Assembly: GCF_036321535.1 (NCBI RefSeq)
Contig: NC_087440.1
Span: 73,284,001 to 73,348,000 of the forward strand
From: Camelus dromedarius
Lineage: Eukaryota
DNA: 64,000 nt
Direction: 5' to 3'
The notes under the pieces are model-generated. The model did no database searches. It was not told the origin of the DNA and worked only from the letters and a program-made list of their open reading frames with translations. A program made the position numbers and the translations under genes. This document shows, piece after piece, positions 1-13,067 of this stretch (position 1 is its first letter; each line of letters begins with the position of its first letter).

Positions 1-103
1 CTTTAAAAATGAGGAAATGGGTACAAGAATAATATTACTAACCTTTTTTTCACTTAAATCCACTCCTCAAACTATGTATGTTCCTATTATTTATCTCGGC
101 TGA

Positions 104-612
104 TGTGAACGAAAAATACCGCAAACCGTATCAGTAAAGAAAGAATGCTGAAACCATCAAGGCATCAGCGGCTGCTGCCAACCCCCAGTGAAGACCAGCC
201 TGCAGCCCAGCCTGCAACCCAGCCTCTGCAGCCACTCACAATGGTGCACCCCGAGGGGACTCAGAATAAGAAAGGACAGGATACTGGCCCTAGACAGCTA
301 GGTGCTTGTCAAAGAAATGAATTCAATGAGCCTGAATGTTTGCTTCCTCCCATACAAAGAAAAGCACTAAATTATTTAAATTGAGATGCCAGGTTTTCTT
401 TAGTTAACAAGTAATCTTTTAATGTTCCAACACCTGGTCTTTGTTGTAAAGCTCCTATATATCCTAGCTCCCCCCTTACCTCTTTGGAGCAGTCCCTCAG
501 AGCAATCTGAGAGGCTGTCATCCTGGGCTCAACAGGGTTCCAGTCCTCAAAAATGTCTGCCAAATACAGCATAACTCTCAACTTTTAGACTGTGCATTTA
601 TTTCAGTTGACA
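104..612 (+). mobile_element. ERV1-class solo LTR
   Basis: Starts TG (TGTGAAC) and ends CA (GTTGACA); 4-bp TSD CTGA at 100-103 and 613-616; TATA-like CCTATATATCC near 452-462; resembles recalled cetartiodactyl ERV1 LTRs. Confidence 0.85.
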
Positions 613-1193
613 CTGATATATGTTTCCATGTTTTTGTGAATTCACATATTTATAAAAACTTAATGTGTGTAAAGCAGTATACATCACTGTGTAAGTATTC
701 TGATTATTTACATAAAACTAAAATAAGACAAGATGAACTAATGAATTAAAAGATTAATTGCTTGTGTTTATATAAGTTTATGAGACATCTTATGTCACTT
801 AATTTCTCATGATCATTGGTGGTTTTCATCTTGAAGAGAATCACAGAGTCAAATGTGGAGATATTGGCACACCTGTGGGTTGAACCCAGGGTTCCATTTT
901 TCCACGTGACAGCTTCTTTCATAGCACACCATAATGCCAGCCAGGAAGTAAAAAGTGAAGTGTTCAGAAAAACTAGGCTTAAGAAGGCACAGAGTTTCTT
1001 TTCAGTGTTGTTAATGAACTCTAAGAGATACAGGAATTAAGGGAGTCACCGCAGTCTTCCTAGGGATGGAAAAGTTTCCATTTATCCTTCCAAGAAGGGT
1101 CCCAAGGGAATACTCAGGAAGGAGCTCCGTGGGGACACGGGGGAAAGGGTGTCTTTGGCTGATCAAATCCCTGGTTTCCAGCTGGTTTCCTAA

Positions 1194-1484
1194 TGCTGAC
1201 AGATAAATTGAGGCGTATTAAAATTTTTAAGAGTTTATTTGCGCAAAAATCAACTTGCATTGGTCTGCATCCAATCTAGTGAATGGAAAGGAGCTTCGAG
1301 GATCTGTACAAAATAACAGGCTAATAAGCAGAAAGGAGCAGGAACAAGGCAGATTTCCTAGGCAAAAAAGCAGGTGGGCTATTGCAAAGTTTCTTTCCTG
1401 TAACTATCAGGCAGATTATCTAACTAGTGCTGATCAGGCAATTCCTGATAGACTGTTTCAAGATGCCGTTTCTGGGAGGTGAAG
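1194..1484 (-). mobile_element. ERV1-like LTR fragment (MER21/MER34/MER39-like end)
   Basis: TGCTGACAGATAAATTGAGGCGTATTAAAATTTTTAAGAGTTTATTTG resembles the reverse-complemented 3' end (AATAAA region) of eutherian ERV1 LTRs; other end not located. Confidence 0.5.
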
Positions 1485-2447
1485 TGTATTAGTTTGTGAA
1501 GGCTGCTGCGACTAAGTACCACAAATTGTGTGGCTTAAACAGCAGAAATATATCGTCCTGGAGGCTAGAAGTCAGAGAGCAAGATAATGGCAGGGCTGGT
1601 TCCCTCTGAGGGCTGTAAAGAAGAATCTGGTCCACGCTGTCTCCTCTTCTGGTTGTTTTTTGGTAATCTTTGGCATTCTTTGGCTGATAGAGACATTACC
1701 TGACTATTACTTTACTCTGACCTCCACCTCGATATTCACGTGGCATTCTCCATGTGTGCATACTGTGTCTCAATTTCCAGTTTTTATAAGGACACCTGTC
1801 ATATTGGATTAGGGTCCAACCTAATGACCTCATTTTAACTCTAATACCTGTAAAAAGACTCTAACTACAAATGAGGTGGGAAGCCCCATCAAAGACAGCA
1901 GGACCCCCAGACAGGGCACTGCCCTCCTGCCAGCACTATTCGGTTCCCTTGCCCAGTGGCATTATTTTGCTTTTTAAACTCTGAAACGGCTTACTTCTAG
2001 GAAAGTGGAACTTACCCCTAAGAGTCTATTGGTTCCCTGAGCTCACTCCTGATTGATCCATTTCTCTCACTCCTGATTGGTCCATTTCTACAAAGCTTGT
2101 TCCTAATTAGTCACCTTTGTTATACCTTATTTACATATAATGTTGCAAAATGTTGCAAAATCTAAACTGGTAGCCTGTAAAAGCCTGTGTAAACCTATAG
2201 ATGGGGTCCAGAGCTTGGAGTGTTAACTCCTCTGGGCCTGCTGGCATAATAAACCCGAGTTCTCCCACCCTCCAAGTGCTGCTTGGTCTCTTGCCCAGAT
2301 CCAGGTTGCTATCACAACTGAGCTATAACACTGACCCTATTTGTGCTGCACTTTGCTGCAACACAAATAGGGTCACATTTGGAGGTACTGGGGCTTAAGA
2401 CTTAAGCATATGAATTTGGTGTGGGGGACACAGTTCAACTTATAACA
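1485..2447 (-). mobile_element. MaLR LTR (MLT1B/C/D-like), split by a younger LTR
   Basis: TGTATTAGTTTG start and GGGGGACACAGTTCAACTTATAACA end are typical MLT1 termini; 5-bp TSD TGAAG at 1480-1484 and 2448-2452; the two halves rejoin as CTACAAA|TAGGGTCACATT. Confidence 0.9.
1872..2363 (+). mobile_element. ERV1-class solo LTR nested in MLT1
   Basis: TG...CA ends; 4-bp TSD CAAA at 1868-1871 and 2364-2367; AATAAA at 2248-2253; tandem 24-mer at 2042-2065/2066-2089 with an inverted CCAAT box in the second copy. Confidence 0.75.
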
Positions 2448-3884
2448 TGAAGTGACAAAAAATATTTCTTACAGATGGTAATTTTAGCTCTGTTCAAAGT
2501 GGGCTGAAGCACAGAGAAATGATGGTGGGAGAACAGACTGTTAACATATTGAAGGATCAGAAGCCCCTCAAATACAATCCAGTCCCTCGAGAAATCCTTA
2601 CCCTCTCTAGACATCTTACTTCTCCTTAAAAAAAGCCCAAAGGAGAACAAAGACTTGGAAAGATATCTATAGATTCCTGGAAGTGAGGTGTGGGAGTTTC
2701 TCATCTGTCCTTGGTTCTTTCATTTTACTCTCAAAGGCAGGTTTTTCATTGTGCAGGGCACACTTATTTTAGAATGCACATTTCATTTAATCACATAGGG
2801 CATGATTTGATCATAAAAATACTTTAACTGTAAACCTGTTAGACAAAAGGATTTATAACTTCCACACTTAGGTAGTGTCTTTCTGGGGGAAAAAAAAAAA
2901 GAGGAGGAAAAGAAAGGGCTGAGGCCCTCAATGTTGATAACATTTGGTCCTGGTCATATGCTGAGTCAAAGACACCACTGATTTCTAAGTTGCCTACCTA
3001 AGTCTCCATACCTTGTCTGCTACCTTATATTTATGCCTTAATAACACATACATAATGCAGCCTGGCTGTTCTGGGGACAGTGGGAAACACAAATTTGTTT
3101 TTTCCTGACTTCTTCACATTTAAAGTCTCTAATTCTTGGTTGAATTAACATAGTACTTTAGCATTTAATTTCCTGGGGGTACCAGATGTTTTATTTTGTG
3201 TGTTTGTTTTATTTGTGTTATAGTTGTTGGGTCATTTAAAATGAGACTCAACGCAGAGGAAAGAACAGTGCATGCCAATAAATATGTAGTTTATATTCAG
3301 AATACATATGCACAGTGAGTGTAAGTCCAAATAAACATACTCCAATGAAGAATTATTCAATGTTGCCTGTTTTCAGCTGGATTTGCACTTATACTATTCA
3401 AGGTGAAGGGAGATTTCAGGGAAAGGGCAGCGAAGAAGACAGAGGAGGAACAGCCTTATGGGGTGTAGGTTCTCAAAGCCTTTAAATGGATAGATTAGCA
3501 AGTTAATAATAGCGGGGGGTGGGGTGGTTACTGTGTTATATTCTTGGGACTCTAATGTGGCATAATTGTCTGTGATGTTGCTCCCACCAGTAAGGGAAGG
3601 ATGAATGGAAGCATACACTGAATTTCCCTCCAGGGCACAGAACTCCTTTTGCTGGGACTGAAGGCTAAAAATGAAAGTCTGTGAGAAGAAATGGCATCAG
3701 GAAAACAGTGGAGGAAAATGTAGGGCAAGGATCGGAAATCCATGAGCAGTGTGTGTGCCTGACCAAGTCTTTTCTATCACTGACTTAATTATATCTTCAT
3801 CTCTCTTCTCTGTCCCTATCTTCTCCCTTGGCCCAAATTAGCTTAGCACTATAAGCCCATACTTAGTTGTGTGGTGAAGACAGT

Positions 3885-4110
3885 CATTCATCAATTCAGT
3901 AACTATTTGCTGAGCAGAACAAAATGGGCAAAATTCCCCATCTTTGTGGAATTTTCTTTTTGGGAGGAGGTTAGTAGGGGATAACAAAATAGATAAGTAA
4001 ATTATATAACTTGTTAGTTCGGGCTAAATTCTACAAAGAGAAATAAAGCAGGGAAAAGGGATAGAGTTGGGAAGGTTACAATTTTATAAAGAATTGTCAG
4101 AGAAGATACT
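3885..4110 (-). mobile_element. L2 LINE 3' fragment
   Basis: CATTCATCAATTCAGTAACTATTTGCTGAGC and GAGAAATAAAGCAGGGAAAAGGGATAG match the reverse L2a 3' end. Confidence 0.7.
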
Positions 4111-5802
4111 GCTTTTCTGATGAACTATAAGGCTGTGATCCTATTACTTTTTAGTGTTTATTCTTTGGCCATTGAAACTTCCAGGAACTTTCCCTGTAAG
4201 TGATATTTAGGTATCAATATCTGGGCCCTGGTGATTAAATTGTGACACATTATGCTCATTTAAAAAAATTATTATAATATACAACCAGGGAGGGCATTTT
4301 ACTTCCAGCCTGGAGAATGTGATGGATCTATAGCAGTCTTATAATTTAAGGCAGTGATCCCAGGACATGTAACCTCAGGACCTCTTCTATGCCTGTGTTT
4401 GAAGTTGTCATAGGTGAAAAGCAAAATGGCAAAAGAAAGCAATATGAAAACATATAAGGAAGCTGTTCAGGACAAGGCGGGTATGATAGTCAACTTCCTT
4501 TTTCTGTATGTTTCCTTCCATCTCTGCCTCTTTTCCTTTGCGCTAGATGTAGTGTTTTGTATGTGTTTCATTTTATTCATTTGGCAAATCACTGTCACAA
4601 CAAATTAGAAAGAATTGGCCATTGCATTGTACAGAAACCTCCTGCGTTTGTTCTGGATAACATCAGGCATCCGGTAAATTTGTAATTTGACGGTTAGTTT
4701 CCATAATACTTGTGATAGTAAAACAGACACAATTCTGTGTGATTCTAAACATTGATCTTCAGATTGTATCCCTAAAGGAAGGGGTGGTGTTCCCCTCCAC
4801 TCCTCAAAAAGGAGATGGAACATTCAGGAGCACTCTCAGCACTGCGCCATCAAGTCACCACTCTTGTCTCCAGCCCCTCTTTGTCAGCTGCATGTGTAAA
4901 AAGAAACAAATTATGGGTCTGTGGTGTTCGCTAGCCTTGAGTAATCAAAGATCCTTCAGTATCTTTGCAAAAACTTTGGATAATACTCCAGCCGCGGTCA
5001 GGGCTTCCTTACCTATTTCCACATTTTTCTCCTCTTGTGTTTCTTTGTTATTTTCCCTTTTAGAGACATTTGCATGTAATCGGACAGTTGGAATTTTAAA
5101 ATTTGCTTTTTTCTTGCTGTTATTCCATACCTGAATTCCCTTTCTCCTCCTTTTTTTTTTTTTTTTTTGTCTTTTTGTTTTCTGACAGGGAAATAAGTTA
5201 GCCAAACCTCAAATGAAAAATAACAACAATAGCAAAATTGATCCAGTTTTTAAAAAATTGTCCTAAAAGAAGCAGTTATTATAGCTATTACTACAAATAC
5301 ATTTATTGTGGAAGAATTAAGGTCCTGTCCATAAAAAAATAAATCACAACAATTTTCAGTATCTTCCTTGAAGATATTTTGGAGAGTCTCTGGGACAGAG
5401 CAAGAACATAGGGTGGGACTCAATTTAATGGCATAACAACATTGTATTAGGGCTGTACACAGGAATTCCTCTTGCCCTAGAACAATTAGTGTTAAGTTCT
5501 CTCTACCTGTTAACATTCTAAGCTGATCCACTGGCTCAATGGCTTCTTTATTCTTCACTGAAAGGACTTGAGAACCTTTGAAAAGTACAGTCCTTGAAAA
5601 CCCCATCAACTAACTTTCGCTTTCTTTGGTGGCTTCTCAGATGTGCTATTCAATACTGAATTTCAGCACTGTTCCAATTCAACACTTTTCCAGTTCAGTG
5701 GGAGAAATAACATTTTAAAAATGACAAAGAAATGAAAGTCACTTCTTTTTTCATGTACAGTCGTTAGCAGTTGGCCCAACCAATGAATTAGCAGTGAAAT
5801 CA

Positions 5803-5842
5803 AATTTGGAAGGATGGATGAGTGGATGGGTGAGTTTGTGAA
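5803..5842. repeat. Degenerate (TGGA)n/(GATA)n tetranucleotide tract
   Basis: GGAAGGATGGATGAGTGGATGGGTGAG...GGATAGATAGATACATAG; coordinates approximate. Confidence 0.45.
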
Positions 5843-7363
5843 GGGATAGATAGATACATAGACGGATTCTACACTAACTACCTTATGATTTCCTTTCTGA
5901 TTTCCAAAGATCTTGACGGGGCCCTTGATTATCATTTATCCAAGATGCACTCTAATTGCTGTAGGGGAAATGGGTTAGTGACGTTCTTGAGTGGCTGATG
6001 TTTCCTGATTTTTTTTTTTTTTTTAAACCACTTAGGACCAATGCAGGATAGTAGGGGAAAAATGTTTCTCTGGCTTTTATGAATGTTTATGAAGCTGGTA
6101 AAAGTCCAAACCATAGCTACCTAGGTGTACTTCTACAAGCCAGTCTGGATAGATAACCAGTCCCAAAGACTCTCTTGAGAAAGTAACTAGGCAGCTTGCG
6201 TCTGCACTCTTGTTTACATGGTATCAGTGGTGTCCTGATCTTCTCCAAAACTTTCTGGATTTTTGCTGCTGGATAGATGGTACTGACCGCAGGTGTTGTT
6301 TCTATTTCTTTCTTTCTTTTTTTTTTTTTAAATCATTGGGCAGGTCATACATCTCCAAGCCTAACTAAAAATTGAGTGGTTTACACTAGATTTAAAAAAA
6401 GTAATACTGTATTGTGGTATCATGGAGAGAATGCAATTCTTGTGGTTTGAAACTATAGAAACAAGTCTCTCTACTAACATAAAATCACTTGTAACCTTGA
6501 ATATGTCAACCAGTCTGATCTAGCTGATAATTAGGCTTAATTCACAGGGTGGTTGTGAGAACCAAGTGAGATAAAACATATGCAAATGCTTTGTTACTCT
6601 CAAGGACTACCAAGCACTTGTATTGTTGTTGCTGGGTTGAAGTGTTCTTTCTGGTGATACTATTCAGTGACTGTATGACTGAGACAATCGTTCCTTGTGT
6701 GCTGTCTCCCCGCCTCCCCTCCCTCCCCTCTTTTTCCAGTGTGGTCAGTATGTGTTGACGGCCCACTATGAGCCTATCTATATGTGGTTTTCTAAGCTGG
6801 AAGTCATGCTGTCTACAATCAACAGATTTCCACCCTCCTCTTCTGGAGATACTCTGGACTATAGAAGTAACTTCAGGGATTCCAAGTATTAATTCTACAG
6901 ATAGATTTCAGGATGCAAAGAGGATACTGACATGCCTTTAACTGTCCCCCATAGGAACCTGCTCCAGATGTGTATCTTAGAGAGAAACTGGCATTTTTTT
7001 CTTACGGACATTGCATCGGATTGTGTAAGAAAATTGCAGGTTAAATCAGCATTTCCTCCTGTTGGGTGTGAATTAGATCAATGCTGAAATGGGAGTCCTA
7101 GTTAATCTATATGATGGGGTTACTAGACCTCTGTGTCTGGTGGCTTAGATCGTTAAAGGAACAGGAAAACTCTTTGCAGTACAGATAGCATTAACTGAAG
7201 CCTTTTACTCTTAGTCCCTTCCCCTTGTAACTATTACCAACCTTTCTTGAAAAGCTAAGCCAGGATATACTGAAGGACTATTTCTGTTCCATTCCTTCAT
7301 ATCTGTACAATTGCTGTTGACACTCTTTGCCTCTTTGGTCCTGTCAAATACCAGTCATTGTCA

Positions 7364-7586
7364 GATAGCGTAAGAAAGTGGTAAGAGAGCATTTCTACAG
7401 CTACTCTGCCGATGTTCAAATTCCAGCCCTGCCACTTCCTTACTGTGTGGCTTTGGGCAAGTTATTTAACCTCTCAGTGCCTCAGCAGCCACTTCATAGG
7501 AGGATTGTTAGGAAGATGAAATGAGCTAATCTCTGTAAAGTGATTAGAAAAGTACCTGGCATACAGTAAGCACTATATAAGTTTTG
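7364..7586 (+). mobile_element. MIR SINE
   Basis: Core CTGTGTGGCTTTGGGCAAGTTATTTAACCTCTCAGTGCCTCAG and 3' GTACCTGGCATACAGTAAGCACT. Confidence 0.85.
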
Positions 7587-9398
7587 TCATATAATGTAAG
7601 ACTTAGTGGATTACTTGCATTGCTCACATTATCTGGTATGTTAGCTTCCATATAGTTGGTATGCAATAAATACTTGATGACTAAATAAATCAGTAAATTA
7701 GAGTGGGACAGAAGACACATGGGTGTATTCCATTTTTCTGCTAAATAGCTACGTGATCTTGCACATCCATTTTAAACTTCTTTGGAACTGTCTTCTCATT
7801 TGCAAAACAGAAATAGTATTTATCCAACATATTTCAAAGGGTAATCAAAATTATTCAAGTGATAATAATATGCTTTCAATGAGTTTAAAATATACATGTG
7901 TGGTATTATAATGTTTATATTTATCAAATGACTGAGTCAGTCTCAGGAGGAGCTATGCTGAATTAGTCCTAAAGTTGGCAGTCATCATGAACACCATGAC
8001 CTAGAAACCGGCAGCCTGTATCAGTTCTTGGGAATATAGAAAAAATGTTTCACGGTCCCCCATCTCAGTCAAGAAAGAGGCTGCTCATTTGCCTACCAGT
8101 CCTCTTGTCTATATTTGGCTATTTCTTGTTATGAAAGAGAACCTTAGCAAACCTCGAGAGTTTTAATCTTCTTTTATCACATCCCTCCACACTGTTAGGC
8201 CATATTCCAAGGACAGAGGTTTGGAGCTGTTTGTTTTTATGCTGATGGATGTCGCAGTCTGTAATCCATGAACCGAAGCAGGGCTCCTCTTCCTTTGCTG
8301 CTGGCATATCTTGTTGTGTTTACGAGTCTGACAGGCAAACATATCTGAGGCATATCTCATATGCTGATCTGTGAGGGAGATAAGCCCCTTGTTTTGCTTG
8401 AGTGGAAACAAAACAAGCAGTTGGCAGACTGCGTTGATTTTGACTTGGGCTGAAACGGCCAGGATGAGATTGAGTCCTCCTTGGGCACGCTCCAGCCTGT
8501 GCCATTTGAGCACTTGACTCAAATTTGCAAAACCGTCGAAGGGAGGGGCAGGTTTCTTCCTGCCTTGACATACCTACTTTTATTTCTTGCTTTCACAAGC
8601 TGCTGCCACTATTTTGTGATGGATTTTATGATAGAGAAACTTGAAAGTCAAATAGTGTCAGAGCTTAAAATCTCTTACTTACTATGCTCTGTGGTCCTTA
8701 TTCACTTTATTTTTTTTTTTTACCCTTTGATTTAGGTTCCCCCACCTACAAATTGCTCCACTTCAATGGACTGCCAGGTTTTTACTGAATTAAATTATTT
8801 TCTGGTTGAAGAGAGACTATATATAAATGTCTACATGGACTGGTAGATGGGGATTGGGGAACTCCAAAGCAGTCAAACCCTGGCTAGAGCTTGTGTTTTG
8901 ATGCACATGTTTTTGCATTTTTTTGCATATTTATAATCATGGTTTAGATATCATAATTTCCCAGTGATTCCATAAGCGTCTTGAGGGCAGTAGGCCATTG
9001 ATAATGATTAAATATTAGTTAGAAGGATATAATTTTTTTTATAGAAGAAGAATATTCAAAAATGCTTCCTACCAGTCTACTGGTTCAGAAGAATGTGGAT
9101 GGGATTCCTTCTCTTCAACCTAAAATTTTGGCTTTGCAGACTATTTTTAGTTTTTCTGATTCCTTGATGATTATTAATTGGTTCCAGTGGTATATGTTTC
9201 AGACCTTTAATTAAACCCTCCTTTCTGTCTAACTCTCGGCGAAAACATGTTTTTCATTTTTCTTCCTGCGATGCTCAAACATAGGTTGATGCCAAATGCG
9301 TGCTGTTTGATTACATTCCACCCAAATTTGCTTGCAGAGAGGACCAAGGCAGTAGTATCTATTTCAGGTAGGTTTTTAAATTTTAAAAAATTTTAAAA

Positions 9399-9429
9399 CT
9401 TCTTGGCTTTTTGGCTAAGATCAAATGTA
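9399..9429 (+). pseudogene. RNU2: 3'-truncated (tailless) U2 snRNA retropseudogene
   Basis: CTTCTTGGCTTTTTGGCTAAGATCAAATGTA versus U2 nt 5-35 CTTCTCGGCCTTTTGGCTAAGATCAAGTGTA: 28/31, all transitions; direct repeat TATTTCAGGTAG at 9360-9371 and 9428-9439. Confidence 0.85.
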
Positions 9430-9876
9430 TTTCAGGTAGTTTTACAAGGAGCCATTCTTGGTCCTCAATGCCTGTGGCCGAGGAGGAGGCAGGAGAGGAA
9501 AATGAAGTAGATGTCCTTCTGGTATTAACTAATTTATGATGGAAATGGAACACAGAAGATCAGATGCCACTGGCCCTTTGCCAGATGGAGCTGTAGTAGT
9601 GTTAGCCGAGACGAGATCAGTGCGTAAGACTTGGTCTGCGGGGCCTTCTTACCTGTACTCCTATGCTAGCCAAGTGCCTCCTGCAGCTTTGTGGTGATAG
9701 ACACCCTCATGGGTTAGTCATGTCTTCTTGGAAGAAGGGCAGCCTCTGGAAGAGAAGTGCTGGCAGTCATGCGATTACCTAATCCATCACTTGACTCCTG
9801 ATTCTCAACTCTTGATTCCTCGTCTTTCATAGGGTTGCTTCTTAGATCATGGTGACTAGTGAGGAGGAAATAGTGT

Positions 9877-10418
9877 TATATTAGTTATCTATGACTGCAA
9901 GACAAATTATTCTAAAACTTACCACCTTCAGATAATATAAATACAGCACAGTTTCTGTGGCTCAGAGATCCATCTGCGGCATAGCTGGGTGACTCTGGCT
10001 CAGCATCCCTCAAAGGCTGTGATCAAGGTATCAGCCAGGGTTTCAGTCTCAGGCTTAACTTGGAAGGAATCTGCATCTAAGCTCATTTCTATGGCTGTTG
10101 GTAGACCTTAAGTCTTTGCAGACTGTTGGCCAAAGTCATCATTCCTTGACACATGATCCTCTCAATAGGACAGCTTACAACATATCTTCTCTCAGAATAA
10201 ATGAGAGAGAGATTGGGTAACCAAGATGGAAACCACTGTGTTTTTTTCTTTTTTCAATCTGATCTTGAAAGTGATCCCGTCACTCTTGCTATATTCTGTC
10301 CATCCCTTAGAAGTGAGTCAACAAGTCCAGTGCACACTGAAGGGGAGGGGGTGACATAAGGGCACAGATACCAAGAGGTGGGGATCATTGGGGACCATGC
10401 TGCAGACTGCCTCCAACA
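9877..10418 (-). mobile_element. MaLR LTR (MLT1F/G-like)
   Basis: TATATTAGTTATCTATGACTGC start, GGGGACCATGCTGCAGACTGCCTCCAACA end; 5-bp TSD AGTGT at 9872-9876 and 10419-10423. Confidence 0.85.
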
Positions 10419-13067
10419 AGTGTAAATAGCGTGAAGTGGGAGTTAGAATGCCTGCATTGCAGGGCTTACTGGGGTGACATGTATCACAGTGCCTGCCACA
10501 GGGTAGAGCCAAAGAAGATTACATCCTATTTCCCAGCACATTGCCTGGTGTATAGTAGGCACTCGAGTAGCTATGTGCCAATAAAATTCTATTTTATTAA
10601 AAATATGAGTCTCTCTGTTACAAAGAGATTCATGCCTGATATTATCTCCTATAGAAAATTTCCTTCCCGTGTTTCACTTCTCCAGTGCCATCAAGGGAAT
10701 GGATTTAAATCTGGAATAATTATTCAAAAAATAAGGAATAACTAAAGCTGGTCTAGAGTGACCTTGCTTGAATTATCTTTTTAACCATAATTAGGAATTT
10801 CTTCTTTAGGTCAGGGGTCTTCCATAGCAGATGATAAAAATTAAATTCCCTCCTGATCTAGAAAACGTTCTCTCTGCTAATCTGATCTCACCTGGAAGTT
10901 CAATAACCAGGAGGCAAAGCACTCTGTATGTATAATCTTAACCACATGGCCTGAAGCACCGGGTAGGCAGTCACACCGTGTCCTTTGTGAATCTGGGAAG
11001 CAATGTTTTTTGACTATTCCTTCTGAATTCTTCTGTAGTTAAATCCTTGATTTCTCTTATGAAGATGAGAAATGATCATCCTTTGTCAATTCTGTTCTTA
11101 AGGGTATTTATTAGGTTTCTGCTTCCACATGGGTAAGTAAGAGAAGCACTTCATATTTCACGTGGTTCCTGACCTTTTGGGGTGATTATTGGGAGAGATA
11201 ACAATGACTCAGGTGTAAAGTTGAAAATTAAACTATAACAGAAATGAAATGCCGTGTAGAACTAGACGTATCAGTTGTAACGCAGATCAGCCCCTTACAT
11301 GATGTGAGACAGATTACACGTAACTACTATGTAAGACATAAAGTGTGGCAATCACACAGACCAGTCTGTGACACAGTGGTGTACTGTGTGGCAGGACTTT
11401 GCTCCATTTGCATTATGCTCAGGTTAAGGGGACAAAACAGCTGTCAGGGAGTTTGCAACCTGTTTGATCAGGGACACCTACATAGAGAGATTTGACTTGA
11501 TTGATAGGCAAGGATGCTTATTTGAGGGAGATAGTCAGAAATGTGTGTCGACTTCTGTAGACACCCCAATAAAGCTTTTAGATAACGAAGCTGGCTTCTT
11601 ATTGGTTGAAATGACAAGATAATGAACCTGTAAGTTTTTTTTTACCTTCTGATGTGCTTTCTTCAGAATGAAACTTGAAATATGCCAGGATGTCTGTTGC
11701 TGCTATTAGACCCTCAGGGTTGAGTTGAACTTCAGAGGTCATTGAGTTCATTCAGCCGTAAAGGTCTTTTTGTTCAACTCATGACCACGTGAAGCATTCC
11801 CGTGATCACAGTAGCTTCCGAGGGAAAATAAAGCACTAGTGTGCTGACCAATGGGAGGGCAGACTCTTGGCAGCTGATCCGTGGGGATAGACTGCTCCCC
11901 TGGAAATGAGTGGCAGAGGCCCATTTCTATTAGAAATACTGCCCAGTGACGTTTCATGATAAAATCCATCCAAGCTTGCTCTGTATAGCTTCCAGAACCC
12001 TAATGCAAAATGATGCCTGAACCATTTTATTATAACTGGTCCATGCATGAGGAGACTAAATAAAATGAAGTTTGTTTCAAGATACACATTTTCTAAACAG
12101 GCAGGAGAGCAAGAGGTGATAAAATGAGGTATTAAGCAGTTCATTGAATGTGTTAACAACTTGGCTGTGATTGTTCGTGCTTGCCCTGCTGTGTAATGTA
12201 CAGTTTTGTCAGATTAAAACCCCCCTTGGATATAATTTTATTTACACCTACACGTATATTTCTAAGAGATGAATGACCGTTTCTGGGAATACTTAACAAG
12301 TAAAGAATTTGCCTTGTTTTTGCGACACTGCTGCAAGTTAAGCAAATGACTTCCTCTCTTTGGGCCTCACTTCCAGTACTTACAAAGGCAAGAGGTTGCA
12401 CTGGATGATCTGTAAGGCCCCTGCTGGCTCTAATATCCTACTAGTCCGTGATTCTTACATAGGGATCCTGGGAGATGATGAAAGAGAGGACCTAACTTCT
12501 TTTCTGTCACCAGCCTCTATGATTCCTGGCACTGTGTGTTTGTCCTTGAGTCAACATTGCTTCTCTTAACAACTGAGCCAGCCTGTATTCCTCTGCTTCT
12601 TAAGGAGGCGACTGTGTTACTGAAGATCAGTTCTCATCCCAGCACTGCTCTGACTCCTGTACTCGGTTTCTTGGTGCCTTTCTTCTGGAGAATGTCTTCA
12701 GCTGTAGAAGGCCCCTTTAGCTGAATTACCAGATGAATGTTACCAATGCAAAGCTAACTGATACAGGCGTATAATAAAATCTTGGGATTTGGGGAAACAA
12801 GTCAATTTGTTTATGAAACCTCAGACTGATTCGAAACCCATTTCATAGTAAAATGTCTACCTTTATAACTATCCTTTTCTCCACTGCAAAATAACAACTT
12901 GAAAGATAATACAAGGATGTTACTGAAATAGTTCCTTTGTGAAGAAAAGGATATTTAGACAAACCAACAGCATATATTATTTGATTTCAAAAATCATTAC
13001 ATTAAACTTAAAACTTCAACCATTTAATGAGATCAAAGGTGTTATGGATAACTTAAACTTTCAAATG

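Noticed and set aside
4712-5134. Longest ORFs (140 aa here; 138 aa at 40675-41091; 135 aa at 26124-26531)
   Set aside because: Composition reflects low-complexity or decayed-repeat DNA; lengths are expected by chance; no domains recognised.
5250-5609. 119-aa minus-strand ORF with an exon-like internal segment (SQVLSVKNKEAIEPVDQLRMLT)
   Set aside because: Weak donor (GTAGAG) and no recognisable family.
11355-11389. Two adjacent 7-bp hairpins (CACAGAC/GTCTGTG and ACACAGT/ACTGTGT)
   Set aside because: Short and CA/TG-rich; expected by chance.
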